A stretch of 64,000 bases of DNA. It comes from an uncultured delta proteobacterium. Its GTDB lineage: Bacteria > Desulfobacterota > Binatia > Binatales > Binataceae. Where the stretch lies: positions 224,001 through 288,000 of the forward strand of contig CAWCDG010000007.1 in assembly GCA_963794325.1 (NCBI GenBank). Reading direction: 5' to 3'. Of this stretch, positions 46,179-57,167 are shown one piece after another (positions within the stretch are counted from its first letter, which is position 1; each line of letters starts with the position of its first letter). A program made the position numbers and the translations under genes. Below the pieces are notes generated by a model. The model worked only from the letters and a program-made list of their open reading frames with translations. It was not told where the DNA came from and ran no database searches.

Positions 46179-47588
46179 ATGGGGCAGATACTTATCGTAG
46201 ATGACGAACCGCATTTGCGGCGGATACTGATCTCTAATCTGAAGCAGGAACATCACGAGGTCGTCGAGGCGGCCGGCGTCAACGACGCGCGCGTCGCGCT
46301 TGGCGAGCATACCTTCGACGTTGTGATCACCGATCAAAAGATGGCCGACGGTGAAGGATTGGACGTCCTGGCGGCGGCGCGCGAAGCTGATCCGAGCCTG
46401 TCGGTGGTTTTTCTGACGGCGTTTGCGACGATTGAACTTGCGGTCGAGAGCATGCGCCGCGGCGCTTTTGATTTCATCACCAAGCCGTTCATCCCCGAAG
46501 TCTTGCTCGCATCAGCGACCCGCGCGATGGAACATACGCGGCTGGTGCGCGAGAACACGCGGCTTCGCGACACGGTCGTGCGCCTCGAAGGCTCGTCGGA
46601 GATCACCGGACGCAGCATCCCGATTCGCCAGCTTCGCGAGCAGATTGCGCGGGTCGCACCGACCAACGCGACCGTCCTCATCACCGGAGAAACCGGTTCC
46701 GGCAAGGAGCTCGTCGCGCGCGCGATTCACCATAGCAGTCTGCGCGCCGAGCAGCCGTGGGTCGCGATCAATTGCGCCGCGTTCACCGAAACCCTGCTCG
46801 AAAGCGAGCTGTTCGGACATGAGCGCGGAGCGTTCACCGGCGCCGATCGCGCGCGCGAGGGAGTTTTCGAGGCTGCCCACGAGGGCACGCTCTTTCTCGA
46901 CGAGGCTTCCGAGATGTCGCTCCCGGCACAAGCCAAGCTGCTGCGGGTGCTGACTGACGGGCTCATCACGCGGCTGGGATCGACCAAGCCCCGGCACACC
47001 GATGTGCGATTGCTGGTCGCAACCAACCGCGATTTGAAAAAGCGGGTGCAGGAAGGACGCTTTCGCGAGGATCTATACTACCGGCTCGCGGTAGTTCCGC
47101 TCACGGTCCCGCCTCTGCGCGACCATCGCGAAGATATCCCGGAGCTCTGCGCTCTTTTTCTGGCGCAAGCGGCGCGCGATCTGAAGACGCCGCCACGCAG
47201 AATGACCGTCGAGGCGCTGCACACGTTACTCAGCTACGAATTTCCCGGAAATATCCGGGAACTCCGCAACCTCATAGAGCGCGCGTGCATTCTCTCAGCC
47301 GGCGAGGAGATCGCCCCGGAGAATTTCCCGGTGTCGGCGCCGCGCAGCGCAAATGGCGTCGTGTCCCGCAGTTCCGCCGAACTCACTCCCGATCAACTCG
47401 CCGACATGATTCCGGAGACGCACAATCTTCGGGACTTCCTGGCCTCGCTCGAAAAAGCCGTGATTCAGCGCGCGCTGAAAATCGCCGATGGCGCGCAGGC
47501 GGAAGTGGCGCGACGCCTTGGAATGTCGCGCAGCGATCTTTCCTACAAACTCGGCAAGCATCGCATCAAGGATCAGTCCGGCCAATGA
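46179..47588 (+). CDS. NtrC-family sigma54-dependent response regulator
   Basis: ILIVDDE receiver, GETGSGKE, GAFTGA, FLDE, Fis-type HTH. Confidence 0.95.
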   Translation: MGQILIVDDEPHLRRILISNLKQEHHEVVEAAGVNDARVALGEHTFDVVITDQKMADGEGLDVLAAAREADPSLSVVFLTAFATIELAVESMRRGAFDFITKPFIPEVLLASATRAMEHTRLVRENTRLRDTVVRLEGSSEITGRSIPIRQLREQIARVAPTNATVLITGETGSGKELVARAIHHSSLRAEQPWVAINCAAFTETLLESELFGHERGAFTGADRAREGVFEAAHEGTLFLDEASEMSLPAQAKLLRVLTDGLITRLGSTKPRHTDVRLLVATNRDLKKRVQEGRFREDLYYRLAVVPLTVPPLRDHREDIPELCALFLAQAARDLKTPPRRMTVEALHTLLSYEFPGNIRELRNLIERACILSAGEEIAPENFPVSAPRSANGVVSRSSAELTPDQLADMIPETHNLRDFLASLEKAVIQRALKIADGAQAEVARRLGMSRSDLSYKLGKHRIKDQSGQ

Positions 47589-47840
47589 GCAATCGCAATC
47601 GTCGGGCGCCGCTGCGAAACCTTCCGAATCTCGCGACGTATAATCTGCAAGTCGTGGAACTCCCTCGAGAGCTGAACGCAGCCCCGGCGGCGGTCAGCTG
47701 TAGGCCGGCCGGTTTAGTCAGTTGAGTATGTTTTCGCGTAGCGATGTGTCACCCTATGAGTACCGCCTGGTACGTTGGTTCTCCCGGCTTCTCCCCCGCG
47801 TATCTCCACAATTGGTAGCTCGAAACTGAGGTATCGGACT

Positions 47841-48950
47841 GTGTTGTCGTCGATCCGCCGCATAAAGGAACAGAAGAAGGACATTATAAGCCGGCATGCG
47901 CAGGCCGATAATGGCAGGGCACTGATCCAGGTTCTTACGACGCTGGCGTCATTCACGCTTCTGTGGTGGGTCGCGCTGATGAGCGTCCATTTATCCTACT
48001 GGCTCACCGCCGTTGCGGTGTTGCTAATCAGCTTGTTCACGTTGCGCGCTTTCGTGCTGATGCATGAATGTGGTCATGGCAGCCTGTTTCGCAGCCAGTG
48101 GCTCAATCGCGCATTCGGGTTTCTTCTCGGCGTAATCTCCGGCATGCCGCAGTACGTATGGTCGCAGCATCATAATTTTCATCACGCCAACAACGGCAAC
48201 TGGGAAAAATATCGCGGACTCTATACGACGTTGTCAGTCGATGAATACGCCGCGATGACCCCAGCGCAGCAGCGCATGTACCGGCGCAAGTGCAGCATCG
48301 CGACCGCTCCGTTTGCCGGCCTCGTTTACGTGATCCTCAATCCGCGATTTACCTGGCTCAAAGGCAGTATCGGCTTGATGACTCATATTGTTAGAGGGAA
48401 AGTTGCGCGGCCGGACCTGCCGATCAAGGCGCACGTCGCCAGCTTCGAAACGCGCTATTGGAAAAACTACCGGGAGTACCGGCACATGTTCTGGAACAAT
48501 GTCGTGCTGCTCAGCGTGTGGGGATTGATGTGCTGGGAATTCGGCACTGTGCTGTTCTTTACGATCTATTTGATCAGCGCATCACTCGCCGGCGGTGTCG
48601 GGATTATTTTGTTCACGGTGCAGCATAATTTTGAACACTCCTATGCGACCGACGGCGGGCACTGGGATTATGATGCCGGCGCGATCGAAGGATCGAGTTT
48701 TCTGATTCTGCCGCGCTGGTTAAACTGGTTCACCGCAAACATTGCCTATCACCATGTTCATCACCTATCCGCCAGGATTCCTAACTATCGTTTGATCCAA
48801 TGTCACAACGAATATCGTGAGCTTTTTTCTGACGTGACCCGCGTGAAGTTATTTCAGATTCACAACGCCTTGAAATATATTCTCTGGGACAAACACGCAC
48901 AGCGAATCATCTCGGTCGCAGAGTACGAAGCGCGCGGTCACGCCGCCTAG
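47841..48950 (+). CDS. membrane fatty acid desaturase
   Basis: His boxes HECGH, HNFHH, HHVHH; start uncertain (GTG 47841 follows a GAGGT SD). Confidence 0.9.
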   Translation: MLSSIRRIKEQKKDIISRHAQADNGRALIQVLTTLASFTLLWWVALMSVHLSYWLTAVAVLLISLFTLRAFVLMHECGHGSLFRSQWLNRAFGFLLGVISGMPQYVWSQHHNFHHANNGNWEKYRGLYTTLSVDEYAAMTPAQQRMYRRKCSIATAPFAGLVYVILNPRFTWLKGSIGLMTHIVRGKVARPDLPIKAHVASFETRYWKNYREYRHMFWNNVVLLSVWGLMCWEFGTVLFFTIYLISASLAGGVGIILFTVQHNFEHSYATDGGHWDYDAGAIEGSSFLILPRWLNWFTANIAYHHVHHLSARIPNYRLIQCHNEYRELFSDVTRVKLFQIHNALKYILWDKHAQRIISVAEYEARGHAA

Positions 48951-49366
48951 TCGGTCCGAGCCACCAGGGCGACGAAATCGCCCTCAGTGATGATGCCGAC
49001 CAGGCGCCCGTTTTCCACCACCGGAAGGCAACCGATCTTGCGTTCAGTCAAAACCCGCGCCGCGTAGATCAGTGAGGCATCGGGCCTGACTGTGACGACC
49101 TCAGTGGTCATCACATCTTTGACGGCGAGAGAGTCAAGCAGCTTGCGCTGAGCGTGCTTGCCGTAGCCAAGCGCCTGCGCGAGTGCATCGCGAAAAAGAT
49201 CGCGCTGGGTCACGATACCGACCAGGCTCTTGCCGTCATCGTCGAGAACCGGCAGATGGCGTACGCGTCCCAGCCGCATGATATCGTCGGCCAAGGTCAG
49301 CTTGTCGTTGCGCTTGAGCGTGGTCGGATCGGCCGTCATCACGTCACGAACTTTCAGTTCTTTCAT
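48947..49366 (-). CDS. CBS-domain pair protein
   Basis: VRDVMT, RHLPV, LVGIVT..D, IGCLPVV, LVGIITE.D. Confidence 0.9.
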   Translation of the reverse strand: MKELKVRDVMTADPTTLKRNDKLTLADDIMRLGRVRHLPVLDDDGKSLVGIVTQRDLFRDALAQALGYGKHAQRKLLDSLAVKDVMTTEVVTVRPDASLIYAARVLTERKIGCLPVVENGRLVGIITEGDFVALVARTD

Positions 49367-49387
49367 TTTGATGTCTCCGAAATCACT

Positions 49388-50698
49388 TCACAGATAGCCC
49401 AATTGCCGCGCGCCGAAACGAAGTTCTTCGCGAAATTTCGGATGCGCTATCGCAATCAACGCCTCGGACCTTTGCGCCGTCGATTTGCCGGTAAGACAAG
49501 CGACGCCGTATTCGGTAACCACATACTGAGTATCGGTCCTTGGATCCGTAGTAGGTCCTTCTACTTTTGCCACGATGCGCGAGATAGCGCCATTGCTCGC
49601 CGTCGAGTACGCGGCGAGAATTGATTTGCCGCCCTTCGATAGCTGGCTGCCGCGCACAAAATCCAGTTGCCCACCGGGCGCGCTGTACTGCTTACCCAGG
49701 ATCGCCTCGGAGTTTACTTCGCCGTCCAGCCCGACCTCGAGGTACGCGCTTATAGAGACCACCAGGTCGTTCTGACCGATGACGCTCGGATCGTTCACGT
49801 AATCGACCGGGCGCGCCTCCATGCTCGAGTTGTCATTCAGAAATTCGTAGAACGGCTCGTCGCCGGCGGCCAGCGTGTACACGTTCTTGTAGCGATTCAG
49901 GTTCTTGTACTTGTTGGTAACGGCCCCGCACTGAATCAGCCCCACCACCGACGGCATCATCAGCTCGGTGTGGATGCCCAAGTCCTTGTGGTCGTGTAGC
50001 GCGGCGCACACAGCATTGGGCACTCCGCCGATTCCTATCTGGAGGCAAGCGCGGTCGGGAACCATCTCGACGATGTGCTTGCTGATCAAGATGTCCAATG
50101 GCGTGGGTTGCCGGCTGGGCACCGAGAACAGCGGACTTTCGTTTTCGACGATCGCCGAGACTTCCGAAATGTGAACCGATGAATCGCCGAACGCGCGCGG
50201 CATCCTGGGATTAACTTCGACGATCAGCTTCTTTGCGATTCGCGCAGTCGGGATCGTGTAATCGGCGTTTGTGCCGCAACTGAAGAATCCGCCCTTGTCC
50301 ATCGGCGCGACCATCATGACGAACGCGTCGATTCCAATTTCGCGCAACGTCCGCGGCATCGCACTGAAATTCCCCGGCATGTAAAAAACGACGCGCCGAT
50401 TGTCATGCTGGCCCAACTCGAAGAGCCGCCGTTCGACGATCGTCGGGAAGAACGGATGCGGCTTGATGACGTCCATGTATTCGTACTTGAGAATCGTGAA
50501 CGCGGCGGCGGTGATCGAGTGCGAATAGTAAACCCGCAGCTCCTCGACCTTGCCGGCTTTCACGCGATTCTCGAGCGCCGTCAACAAGGCGGGCGGCTCG
50601 CTGACCGCCATGCCCATCGAGAGCGTGCCTCGCGACGGGATAAGCTCGACCGCCTGCGCAGGCGGCATCAGCTTGGACTTGTATTCGGTATCGTACAC
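49388..50698 (-). CDS. acetyl-CoA hydrolase/transferase family (4-hydroxybutyrate CoA-transferase-like)
   Basis: EVNPRMP, LQIGIGG.PNAV, LGIHTE, GGQLDF, VVTEYG, IAHP.FR; start set at GTG 50698. Confidence 0.9.
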   Translation of the reverse strand: MYDTEYKSKLMPPAQAVELIPSRGTLSMGMAVSEPPALLTALENRVKAGKVEELRVYYSHSITAAAFTILKYEYMDVIKPHPFFPTIVERRLFELGQHDNRRVVFYMPGNFSAMPRTLREIGIDAFVMMVAPMDKGGFFSCGTNADYTIPTARIAKKLIVEVNPRMPRAFGDSSVHISEVSAIVENESPLFSVPSRQPTPLDILISKHIVEMVPDRACLQIGIGGVPNAVCAALHDHKDLGIHTELMMPSVVGLIQCGAVTNKYKNLNRYKNVYTLAAGDEPFYEFLNDNSSMEARPVDYVNDPSVIGQNDLVVSISAYLEVGLDGEVNSEAILGKQYSAPGGQLDFVRGSQLSKGGKSILAAYSTASNGAISRIVAKVEGPTTDPRTDTQYVVTEYGVACLTGKSTAQRSEALIAIAHPKFREELRFGARQLGYL

Positions 50699-50950
50699 GC
50701 AGCTCTCAACTGAAAGACGGTAGCGGGTTCCGTGCCACTGAGAGAAGCCGAACGTCGCCCCTTCATAGTGGCAGTTCGCCATATCGGAATGCTGCGTTCG
50801 GTAACGGAGCCATTCGCTCGGTGTATCCGATCGCGCCACTTTATCCGAATCAGATCAATTTATTCGGCCTGATTTGCGACTCGATTGATGGTCCGCGAAT
50901 TGCTGTGTCTTGCTGTGAACGACGATTAGCAGAACGGTTTGGGAGCTTCT

Positions 50951-51428
50951 ATGAAATCGACGATCAGTGGCAACGCCAAAACACCGCGACCTACCGCAAA
51001 CAAGGCCCGACAATATGATCCGAGCAAGGTGCTGGCGCAGGCGCACGACGAGGCGCTTGCTCGAATCCACGTGCTTCGCCACGAGGAGCAAGCGGACGCC
51101 GTAGAACTGCCCGCCGATCGGCTGGACGTGGCTCGTTCGCTCGAGGATGTCGAGACGGATGCCGCGACTAATCGAGCGATACGAATTTCAATTGAAGCAG
51201 ATAGACGCAGCGTTCAGCCGGCTTGAACGCGGTCGTTACGGAATCTGCGAAAAATGCAAGGAACAGATCGCGATCGAGCGGCTGAGAGCGATGCCGTTCG
51301 CCGCGTATTGCCTCGATTGCCAGAAGGAACGGAACGACCGAAGTCGCCCCGGCGAGGGCGAGGTCGATGAGCCGTCGCGTCATGTCTGGACGCCACCCGA
51401 AGAACTGAAGGAGTCAGTGGAAGAGTAA
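50951..51428 (+). CDS. DksA/TraR C4 zinc-finger protein (apparent +1 frameshift at about 51165-51170)
   Basis: DRLDVA coiled-coil tip in the first frame; IDAA..RL..G.YGICEKC...I..ERL.A.P...YCLDC in the second. Confidence 0.82.
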
Positions 51429-51455
51429 CCGGCCTGATCGAGCCAGGAGGCAGCG

Positions 51456-51966
51456 ATGATTCAGCTATTTCAGCAGGATCTTGTGCCCGATTGATTTTTC
51501 GGATCACTCATCGGCAGCTCTGGAGGTCGCGATCATAATGGCGCTGCAGAATGATGCGGAACTCTACCTGCTGAATGTCGCGCCGGTGCCGGCAGGCGCG
51601 GCTGGTTTCCAGCCGGTGCCGTTGGATCCGTACCCGTGCGTTGAGAACGACAGGAAGGAAAAACTCGCGGAGTTCGCGCGGGCAAAGATTCCCCCGAAGG
51701 CGCGTTACCAAACGCTCGTCATAAGCGGAGATCCTGCCGAGCAAATCCTGAACACCGCGCGCGGCTCGGATATCGACTTGATCGTAATGGGCACGCACGG
51801 GCGGACGGGACTGGGTCATCTGGTGCTGGGCAGCGTTGCCGAGCGGGTCGTGCGGGAATCACCCATACCTGTTCTGACAGCGCATGCATCCGCGCCTTCG
51901 GAAGGACGCGTGATGAAAACCTCACGGGACGTGCTTGGGATGGATCGTCATGACCGGGACCGGTGA
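51456..51966 (+). CDS. universal stress protein (apparent +1 frameshift at about 51468-51471)
   Basis: AGGAGG SD and ATG 51456; removing one base gives MIQLFSRILCPIDFS; DLIVMGTHGRTG..LGSVAE.VVR. Confidence 0.85.
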
Positions 51967-52368
51967 TTCGCGTACCACGTGCTCGGCGACGCTGCCGAGC
52001 AGGAAGTGCGAGATGCCCTTGCGGCCATGCGTGCCCATCACGATCAAGTCGATCTTTTGCTCGGCAGCCAGCTTGAGAATTTCAGGCCCCGCGTTTCCGC
52101 TCGCGACGAATACCTGACGTGCAACCCCGGCCAGTTTTTCCTCCGCGATTGCTTCCAACCGGCGGCGGGTCTCCGTTTCAAATTCAGCGTCAGGGAAGAT
52201 AGGGACGGGCGGTAGAGCGGTGGCAGCGGCGGACGGAATGCCGATTATCGTCAGCAGGTAAACCGTAGCGGAGTTCTGCTTCGCTAACCTGGATGCGAGC
52301 TCGAGCGCATCCATCGAGTCACGCTCGAAATCGATTGGGCACAGTATTCTTGAAAAAACCGCCGCCAT
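51922..52368 (-). CDS. universal stress protein
   Basis: FSRILCPIDF, DLIVMGTHGR..LGSVAEHVVRESP. Confidence 0.9.
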   Translation of the reverse strand: MAAVFSRILCPIDFERDSMDALELASRLAKQNSATVYLLTIIGIPSAAATALPPVPIFPDAEFETETRRRLEAIAEEKLAGVARQVFVASGNAGPEILKLAAEQKIDLIVMGTHGRKGISHFLLGSVAEHVVRESPVPVMTIHPKHVP

Positions 52369-52456
52369 CTCTCTTAATCTTAGTCCGGGTGAACGAATTG
52401 TCATACGTGAGAGAATCTGCCGTGCCTGACGCTCGCAAGGATCGCACACCAACAGA

Positions 52457-53443
52457 ATGACCCCGACTCGCAGATTCGCGCTCGCAATCTCGCTCGTAGC
52501 GCTGATGACCCTGATAGGCGCGGCCGGTTACATCCTGATCGAGCACATGTCGGTGCTCGACGCCTTCTATATGTCGGTCATCACGATCTCGACGGTCGGC
52601 TTCCAGGAAGTGAAGCCGCTCAGTCCGGCCGGTCGTCTTTTCACGATTGGACTGATAGTCACAGGTGTCGGCAGCGCGATTTATCTGTTCACAGTGATCG
52701 GCGAACTGGTGGTTGAAGGGCGCCTCAGAGAGTTTCTCGGGAAGAGCGCGATGAATCGCAAAATTCACAGTCTCGCGGAACACGTAATCGTCTGCGGCTA
52801 CGGTCGGTTCGGGCGCGCCGTGGTCGAAGAGCTGACTCGCAACGCGGTGCCGATGGTGGTAATCGAGTCGGACCCCGCCAGGCAGGCGGACCTGGAAACC
52901 GCCGGCATACTGCACGTGATGGGATCGGCGCTGGAAGATTCGGTGCTTGAGGACGCTGGAATCAGTTCGGCCCGCGCGATAATCGTCGCCACCGGATCGG
53001 ACGCCGACAACGTGTACATCACGCTTTCCGCGCGCGAGAAAAATCCGAAGATTCTCATCTACGCCCGCGGCGACTCGGATGCCGGCCTGCGCAGGCTCAA
53101 GCTGGCAGGGGCAGACCAGGTCGTCGCGGCCTATCAATGGGCAGGGCTGAGAATTGCCGCGAGCATCATGCGGCCGGCGGTCATAGATTTTCTGCAACTC
53201 TCCATGCCCGGCCGCGAGTCCGAGGTCGATCTCGAGGAGATCAGGATTTCCCGCCAGAGCCCGGCGGTTGGAAAGAATATCGCGGAGATGGAACGCGAGA
53301 ATCCGCGACTCCGAATCGTCGCGATGAAACGCAACGACCAGCGACTCGAGATGATTCCCGCCGCCGATACAAAGATTGAAGCGGGCGATTTGCTGGTCGT
53401 GATCGGCGAATCCGACAGTCTGAAACGCCTGGCATCCGCTTAA
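52457..53443 (+). CDS. potassium channel with TrkA-N/TrkA-C (RCK) domains
   Basis: 2 TM with TISTVGF filter, HVIVCGYGRFG, LAGAD.VV, GDLLVVIG. Confidence 0.9.
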   Translation: MTPTRRFALAISLVALMTLIGAAGYILIEHMSVLDAFYMSVITISTVGFQEVKPLSPAGRLFTIGLIVTGVGSAIYLFTVIGELVVEGRLREFLGKSAMNRKIHSLAEHVIVCGYGRFGRAVVEELTRNAVPMVVIESDPARQADLETAGILHVMGSALEDSVLEDAGISSARAIIVATGSDADNVYITLSAREKNPKILIYARGDSDAGLRRLKLAGADQVVAAYQWAGLRIAASIMRPAVIDFLQLSMPGRESEVDLEEIRISRQSPAVGKNIAEMERENPRLRIVAMKRNDQRLEMIPAADTKIEAGDLLVVIGESDSLKRLASA

Positions 53444-53463
53444 GAGAACAACAGGAGTATGCT

Positions 53464-53643
53464 GTGACTACCGATACGAACGCGGATGGAGTTAAAGAGT
53501 ACCAGGGGTATACCATCAAGCAGAACTGCGAGACCGCGCGATGGGAAGTTTTCTGGCGCGAGCGAAAGCAGAACGTCGATTTCGCGCGAGTAGCGGACGC
53601 CGAAGAATGGATCGACGATCAGATCCCGTCGCATCGATTCTAA
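53464..53643 (+). CDS. small hypothetical protein (59 aa), absent from the ORF track
   Basis: AGGAG SD 6 nt before GTG; MTTDTNADGVKEYQGYTIKQNCETARWEVFWRERKQNVDFARVADAEEWIDDQIPSHRF fills the intergenic gap. Confidence 0.7.
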   Translation: MTTDTNADGVKEYQGYTIKQNCETARWEVFWRERKQNVDFARVADAEEWIDDQIPSHRF

Positions 53644-53677
53644 AAGCGATCGAGTGCCACCCCAGGAGGATTGTCCA

Positions 53678-55219
53678 ATGGCATTAAATTCCCAGCCGGC
53701 AGCGCCACGCCGGATAGCGATCATCGGGTCCGGCTTCTCCGGCCTTTGCCTCGGCATCCAGCTTAAACGGCTGGGGATCGATTCGTTCACGATATTCGAG
53801 AAGGCGGATCGTCTCGGCGGCACCTGGCGCGACAACACCTATCCCGGCGCGGCGTGCGACGTGCCGTCATTTTCGTATTGCTTCTCGTTCGAGCAGAAGA
53901 CCGATTGGTCGCGGAAGTGGGCGCCGCAGGCGGAAATCCTCGAGTACATGGAGGATTGCGCGAAGAAGTACGACCTCCTCCGGCACATTCGGTTCGGCAC
54001 CGAGATTGCCAGTGCGAATTGGGACAACGATGCGGCCGTGTGGAAAATTCGCACCGTCAAGGGTGAAGAAGTCCTGGCCGAGGTGCTGGTCGCTGGGGTG
54101 GGGCAGTTGAACCGTCCGAACATGCCGCAGCTTCGCGGCGCTGAGAATTTCAAAGGGGTGTCGTTTCATTCGGCGCGATGGCGTCACGACATCGACTTGA
54201 CTGGCAAGAATGTCGGCGTCGTCGGCAATGCGGCCAGTGCAATCCAGTTCATCCCGCAGATCGCGCCCAAGGCCGGCAAAGTCTTTATCTTCCAGCGCAG
54301 CGCGAACTGGATGATCCAGCGAAACGATCTCGCCTACACCGACGAGCAAAAGCGCCGCTTCGCGAGCAATCCCGTGCTGACGCGGCTCTACCGATGGCTG
54401 ATCTATTTCCAGCACGAGATGAACTGGCCGGTGTTTCGTCGAGTTTCGTTTCTGTCGCGGCGGATGGCGCAAGCCGCCGAGACTTACATGCGCACGACGG
54501 TCCAGGACCCGAAGCTCCAGCAGGCGTTGATTCCCGATTATCCGATCGGCGGCAAACGCATCCTGATCTCTGACGATTATTACGCGGCGCTCAATCGCGA
54601 AAACGTCGAAGTCGTCACCAGCGCGATCGATCATCTGGAAGAGAACGCTGTCGCAACCAAAGATGGCCGAACGATCCCGGTCGATGTCCTGATCTACGCG
54701 ACCGGTTTCGAATCCACTGCCTTCCTCGCGCCGATGGCGATTCGCGGTCGCGACGGACATCTGCTGCAGACAGAATGGGCCAATGGCGCCAAGGCCTACC
54801 TCGGCATCAGCGTCGCTGGATTTCCGAATCTGTTTCTGATGTACGGTCCGAACACCAATCTTGGCCACAACTCGATCATCTTTATGATCGAATGCCAGGC
54901 GAACTATATCCTCGACTGTCTGAGAAAATTGGACGCGAGCGGCGCTTCCGCGATCGATCTGCGGCGCGAAGTGATGGACGAGTTCGATACGAAACAGCAA
55001 GCAGAGCTGCGGCAAAGAGTTTGGGCGTCCACCGGAAAGAGCTGGTACAAGAACGAAGCCGGCCGCATCACCAACAACTGGTCGGGCAGCACCCTCCGTT
55101 ATTGGTGGAACACGATCCGCGCCGATCCGAAACTATACCAGCTCGAAACGCGCCAGGTGTCTTCGACCGCCGAGCATCCCGAGACCGCCAGCTCCGACCA
55201 AACGCACCGAGCCGCGTAG
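53678..55219 (+). CDS. flavin-containing (Baeyer-Villiger-type) monooxygenase
   Basis: GSGFSG, GGTW.DN.YPG..CD, FKG.SFHSARW, GNAASAIQ, ATGF; SD AGGAGG. Confidence 0.93.
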   Translation: MALNSQPAAPRRIAIIGSGFSGLCLGIQLKRLGIDSFTIFEKADRLGGTWRDNTYPGAACDVPSFSYCFSFEQKTDWSRKWAPQAEILEYMEDCAKKYDLLRHIRFGTEIASANWDNDAAVWKIRTVKGEEVLAEVLVAGVGQLNRPNMPQLRGAENFKGVSFHSARWRHDIDLTGKNVGVVGNAASAIQFIPQIAPKAGKVFIFQRSANWMIQRNDLAYTDEQKRRFASNPVLTRLYRWLIYFQHEMNWPVFRRVSFLSRRMAQAAETYMRTTVQDPKLQQALIPDYPIGGKRILISDDYYAALNRENVEVVTSAIDHLEENAVATKDGRTIPVDVLIYATGFESTAFLAPMAIRGRDGHLLQTEWANGAKAYLGISVAGFPNLFLMYGPNTNLGHNSIIFMIECQANYILDCLRKLDASGASAIDLRREVMDEFDTKQQAELRQRVWASTGKSWYKNEAGRITNNWSGSTLRYWWNTIRADPKLYQLETRQVSSTAEHPETASSDQTHRAA

Positions 55220-55225
55220 CGACGA

Positions 55226-55474
55226 ATGGGAAGCGAGCCAGAAAAAAACGATATAACGCCCCCGCCTCCGGAAATTCTCTACGCGGACTTCTTTAGGCCG
55301 AGGCTATACCGTATCGTCCTGTACGTCGTCCTCCCTGCAATCATCTTTATGTGCGAGAAGGGCTGGATCCCGTTTCAGCCTGCCGCACTTCTCGGCGCGT
55401 GCGTATTTGTGTTTGGGAGTTATCTCGAGCACCGTGAGAAGCGCGCCATGAAAGAGCATCGACATTCAGACTGA
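55226..55474 (+). CDS. small two-helix membrane protein
   Basis: two hydrophobic segments; starts 6 nt after BVMO stop. Confidence 0.55.
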   Translation: MGSEPEKNDITPPPPEILYADFFRPRLYRIVLYVVLPAIIFMCEKGWIPFQPAALLGACVFVFGSYLEHREKRAMKEHRHSD

Positions 55475-55731
55475 GATACTACCCACACGGTATGTTTCAG
55501 CGTTCCTCCTCCTCCCTAGGCTAGGTTCCCTCACGATTGCAAATCTTCCATTTCATGCCCATAGTCGGTAAAAAGTACACGGAAAAAATTACCGACTCGC
55601 TAGGTCTCCGCTAACGTTTTGAGTAAAAATCATCGATGAATCATAGTGTTTTTGGATCGGCGACCCGTCGCATAATTGTTGCACTGCATCGGGCGGGGAA
55701 ATAACGCCTTGGTGTGCGCTGGGAGATCCGA

Positions 55732-57099
55732 ATGTCTAATGAAATTCGAGTTCTGATCGCAGAAGACGACGTCAACACCCACGAGGAGTGGCGCGAGTCG
55801 CTCACGGCTTGGGGCTTTCGGGGCGAGATCGCCGAAGACGGCGTGCGGGCCCTGGAGCTAATCCGCAGCTTCGATCCGCACATTCTGCTCTCCGATCTGA
55901 GGATGCCGCGCAAGGGCGGACTCGAGTTGCTGCATGACATCCACGAGCTCGGCATCAGTCTGCCGACCATCATGATCTCCGGGCAGGGCGAGATACCCGA
56001 TGCGGTCGAGGCGCTCAAGCAGGGCGCGATCGACTACATGCGCAAGCCGGTTGACCCGACCCATCTTCAGCGCGTGCTGAAGAACATCGCCGACAACATT
56101 AGTATCCGCGAAGAGAATTCGAACCTGCGCCGGCGGCTGGCCGAGGTTGGCGAGCTGGGCCCGCTGTTCGGGCGGTCGCTGCCGATGCGCAAGGTGATAA
56201 CGGCGATCGAGCGGCTGGCGCAGTCGTCGGCGTCGGTGGTGATAACCGGCGAGAGCGGCACCGGCAAGGAGTTGGTGGCGCGCACGATTCATGAGCTGTC
56301 GCCGCGGCGCGATGCGGCCTACGTGCCCGTCAACTGCGCGGCGATTCCCGAGACTCTGATGGAGAGCGAGCTGTTCGGCCATGAGCGCGGCTCGTTTACC
56401 GGCGCCGACCGGCGCAAGGAAGGATGCTTCGAGGTGGCCAACGGCGGCACCTTGCTGCTCGACGAATTGACCGAGATGAAGACCGAGTTGCAGCCCAAGC
56501 TGCTGCGAGTGATCGAGGAGCAGCGGCTGCGCCGGGTAGGCGGGACGACCGAGATACCGCTGGACGTTCGAGTGCTGGCGTCCTCGAATCGCGACATCGA
56601 GCAGGCGGTGCGTGAGGGCAAGCTTCGTTCGGACCTGTTCTATCGGTTAAACGTATTCACGATCATACTGCCCCCGTTGCGCGAGCGTATCGACGATCTG
56701 CCGCAGCTCGCGCAGATGTTCGTAAATCACTACGCGGCGCAGAACAAGAAGGATGTGACCGGGGTCGACGAGGAGTGTATGAAGTCGCTGCAGGCGCATC
56801 CGTGGCCCGGCAACGTGCGCCAGTTACGCAACGTGATCGAGCGGGCGCTGATCGTGTGCGAGGGCCGCACCATTCGCAAGCCCGACCTGCCCGACGATTT
56901 TCGCGCGGCGACCGGCGGCGGCGATGGCGGCTTCATAAAGATTCCGCTGGGCACTTCACTCGACGATGTCGAAAAGGAGATGATCTCGCGCACTATCGAG
57001 TTCACCGCGGGCAATAAAACCCGCGCGGCGGAAATCCTTGGGGTGAGCGCCAAAACTCTGTACAACAAACTCGAACGTTTCGGCTCCGAGCGCACCTGA
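55732..57099 (+). CDS. NtrC/AtoC-family sigma54-dependent response regulator
   Basis: VLIAEDD, LSDLRMP, GESGTGKE, GSFTGA, GNKTRAA..LG HTH. Confidence 0.95.
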   Translation: MSNEIRVLIAEDDVNTHEEWRESLTAWGFRGEIAEDGVRALELIRSFDPHILLSDLRMPRKGGLELLHDIHELGISLPTIMISGQGEIPDAVEALKQGAIDYMRKPVDPTHLQRVLKNIADNISIREENSNLRRRLAEVGELGPLFGRSLPMRKVITAIERLAQSSASVVITGESGTGKELVARTIHELSPRRDAAYVPVNCAAIPETLMESELFGHERGSFTGADRRKEGCFEVANGGTLLLDELTEMKTELQPKLLRVIEEQRLRRVGGTTEIPLDVRVLASSNRDIEQAVREGKLRSDLFYRLNVFTIILPPLRERIDDLPQLAQMFVNHYAAQNKKDVTGVDEECMKSLQAHPWPGNVRQLRNVIERALIVCEGRTIRKPDLPDDFRAATGGGDGGFIKIPLGTSLDDVEKEMISRTIEFTAGNKTRAAEILGVSAKTLYNKLERFGSERT

Positions 57100-57167
57100 C
57101 TCGAAACGAAGCGGAAGTGGAGGGCCGGCAGGAAGGCCCCGCCTAAAGAATCATCGCGCAAAGAATT

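Noticed and set aside
55667-55683. sigma54 promoter upstream of the 55732 regulator
   Set aside because: TCGCATAATTGTTGCA has CG instead of the near-invariant GG at -24
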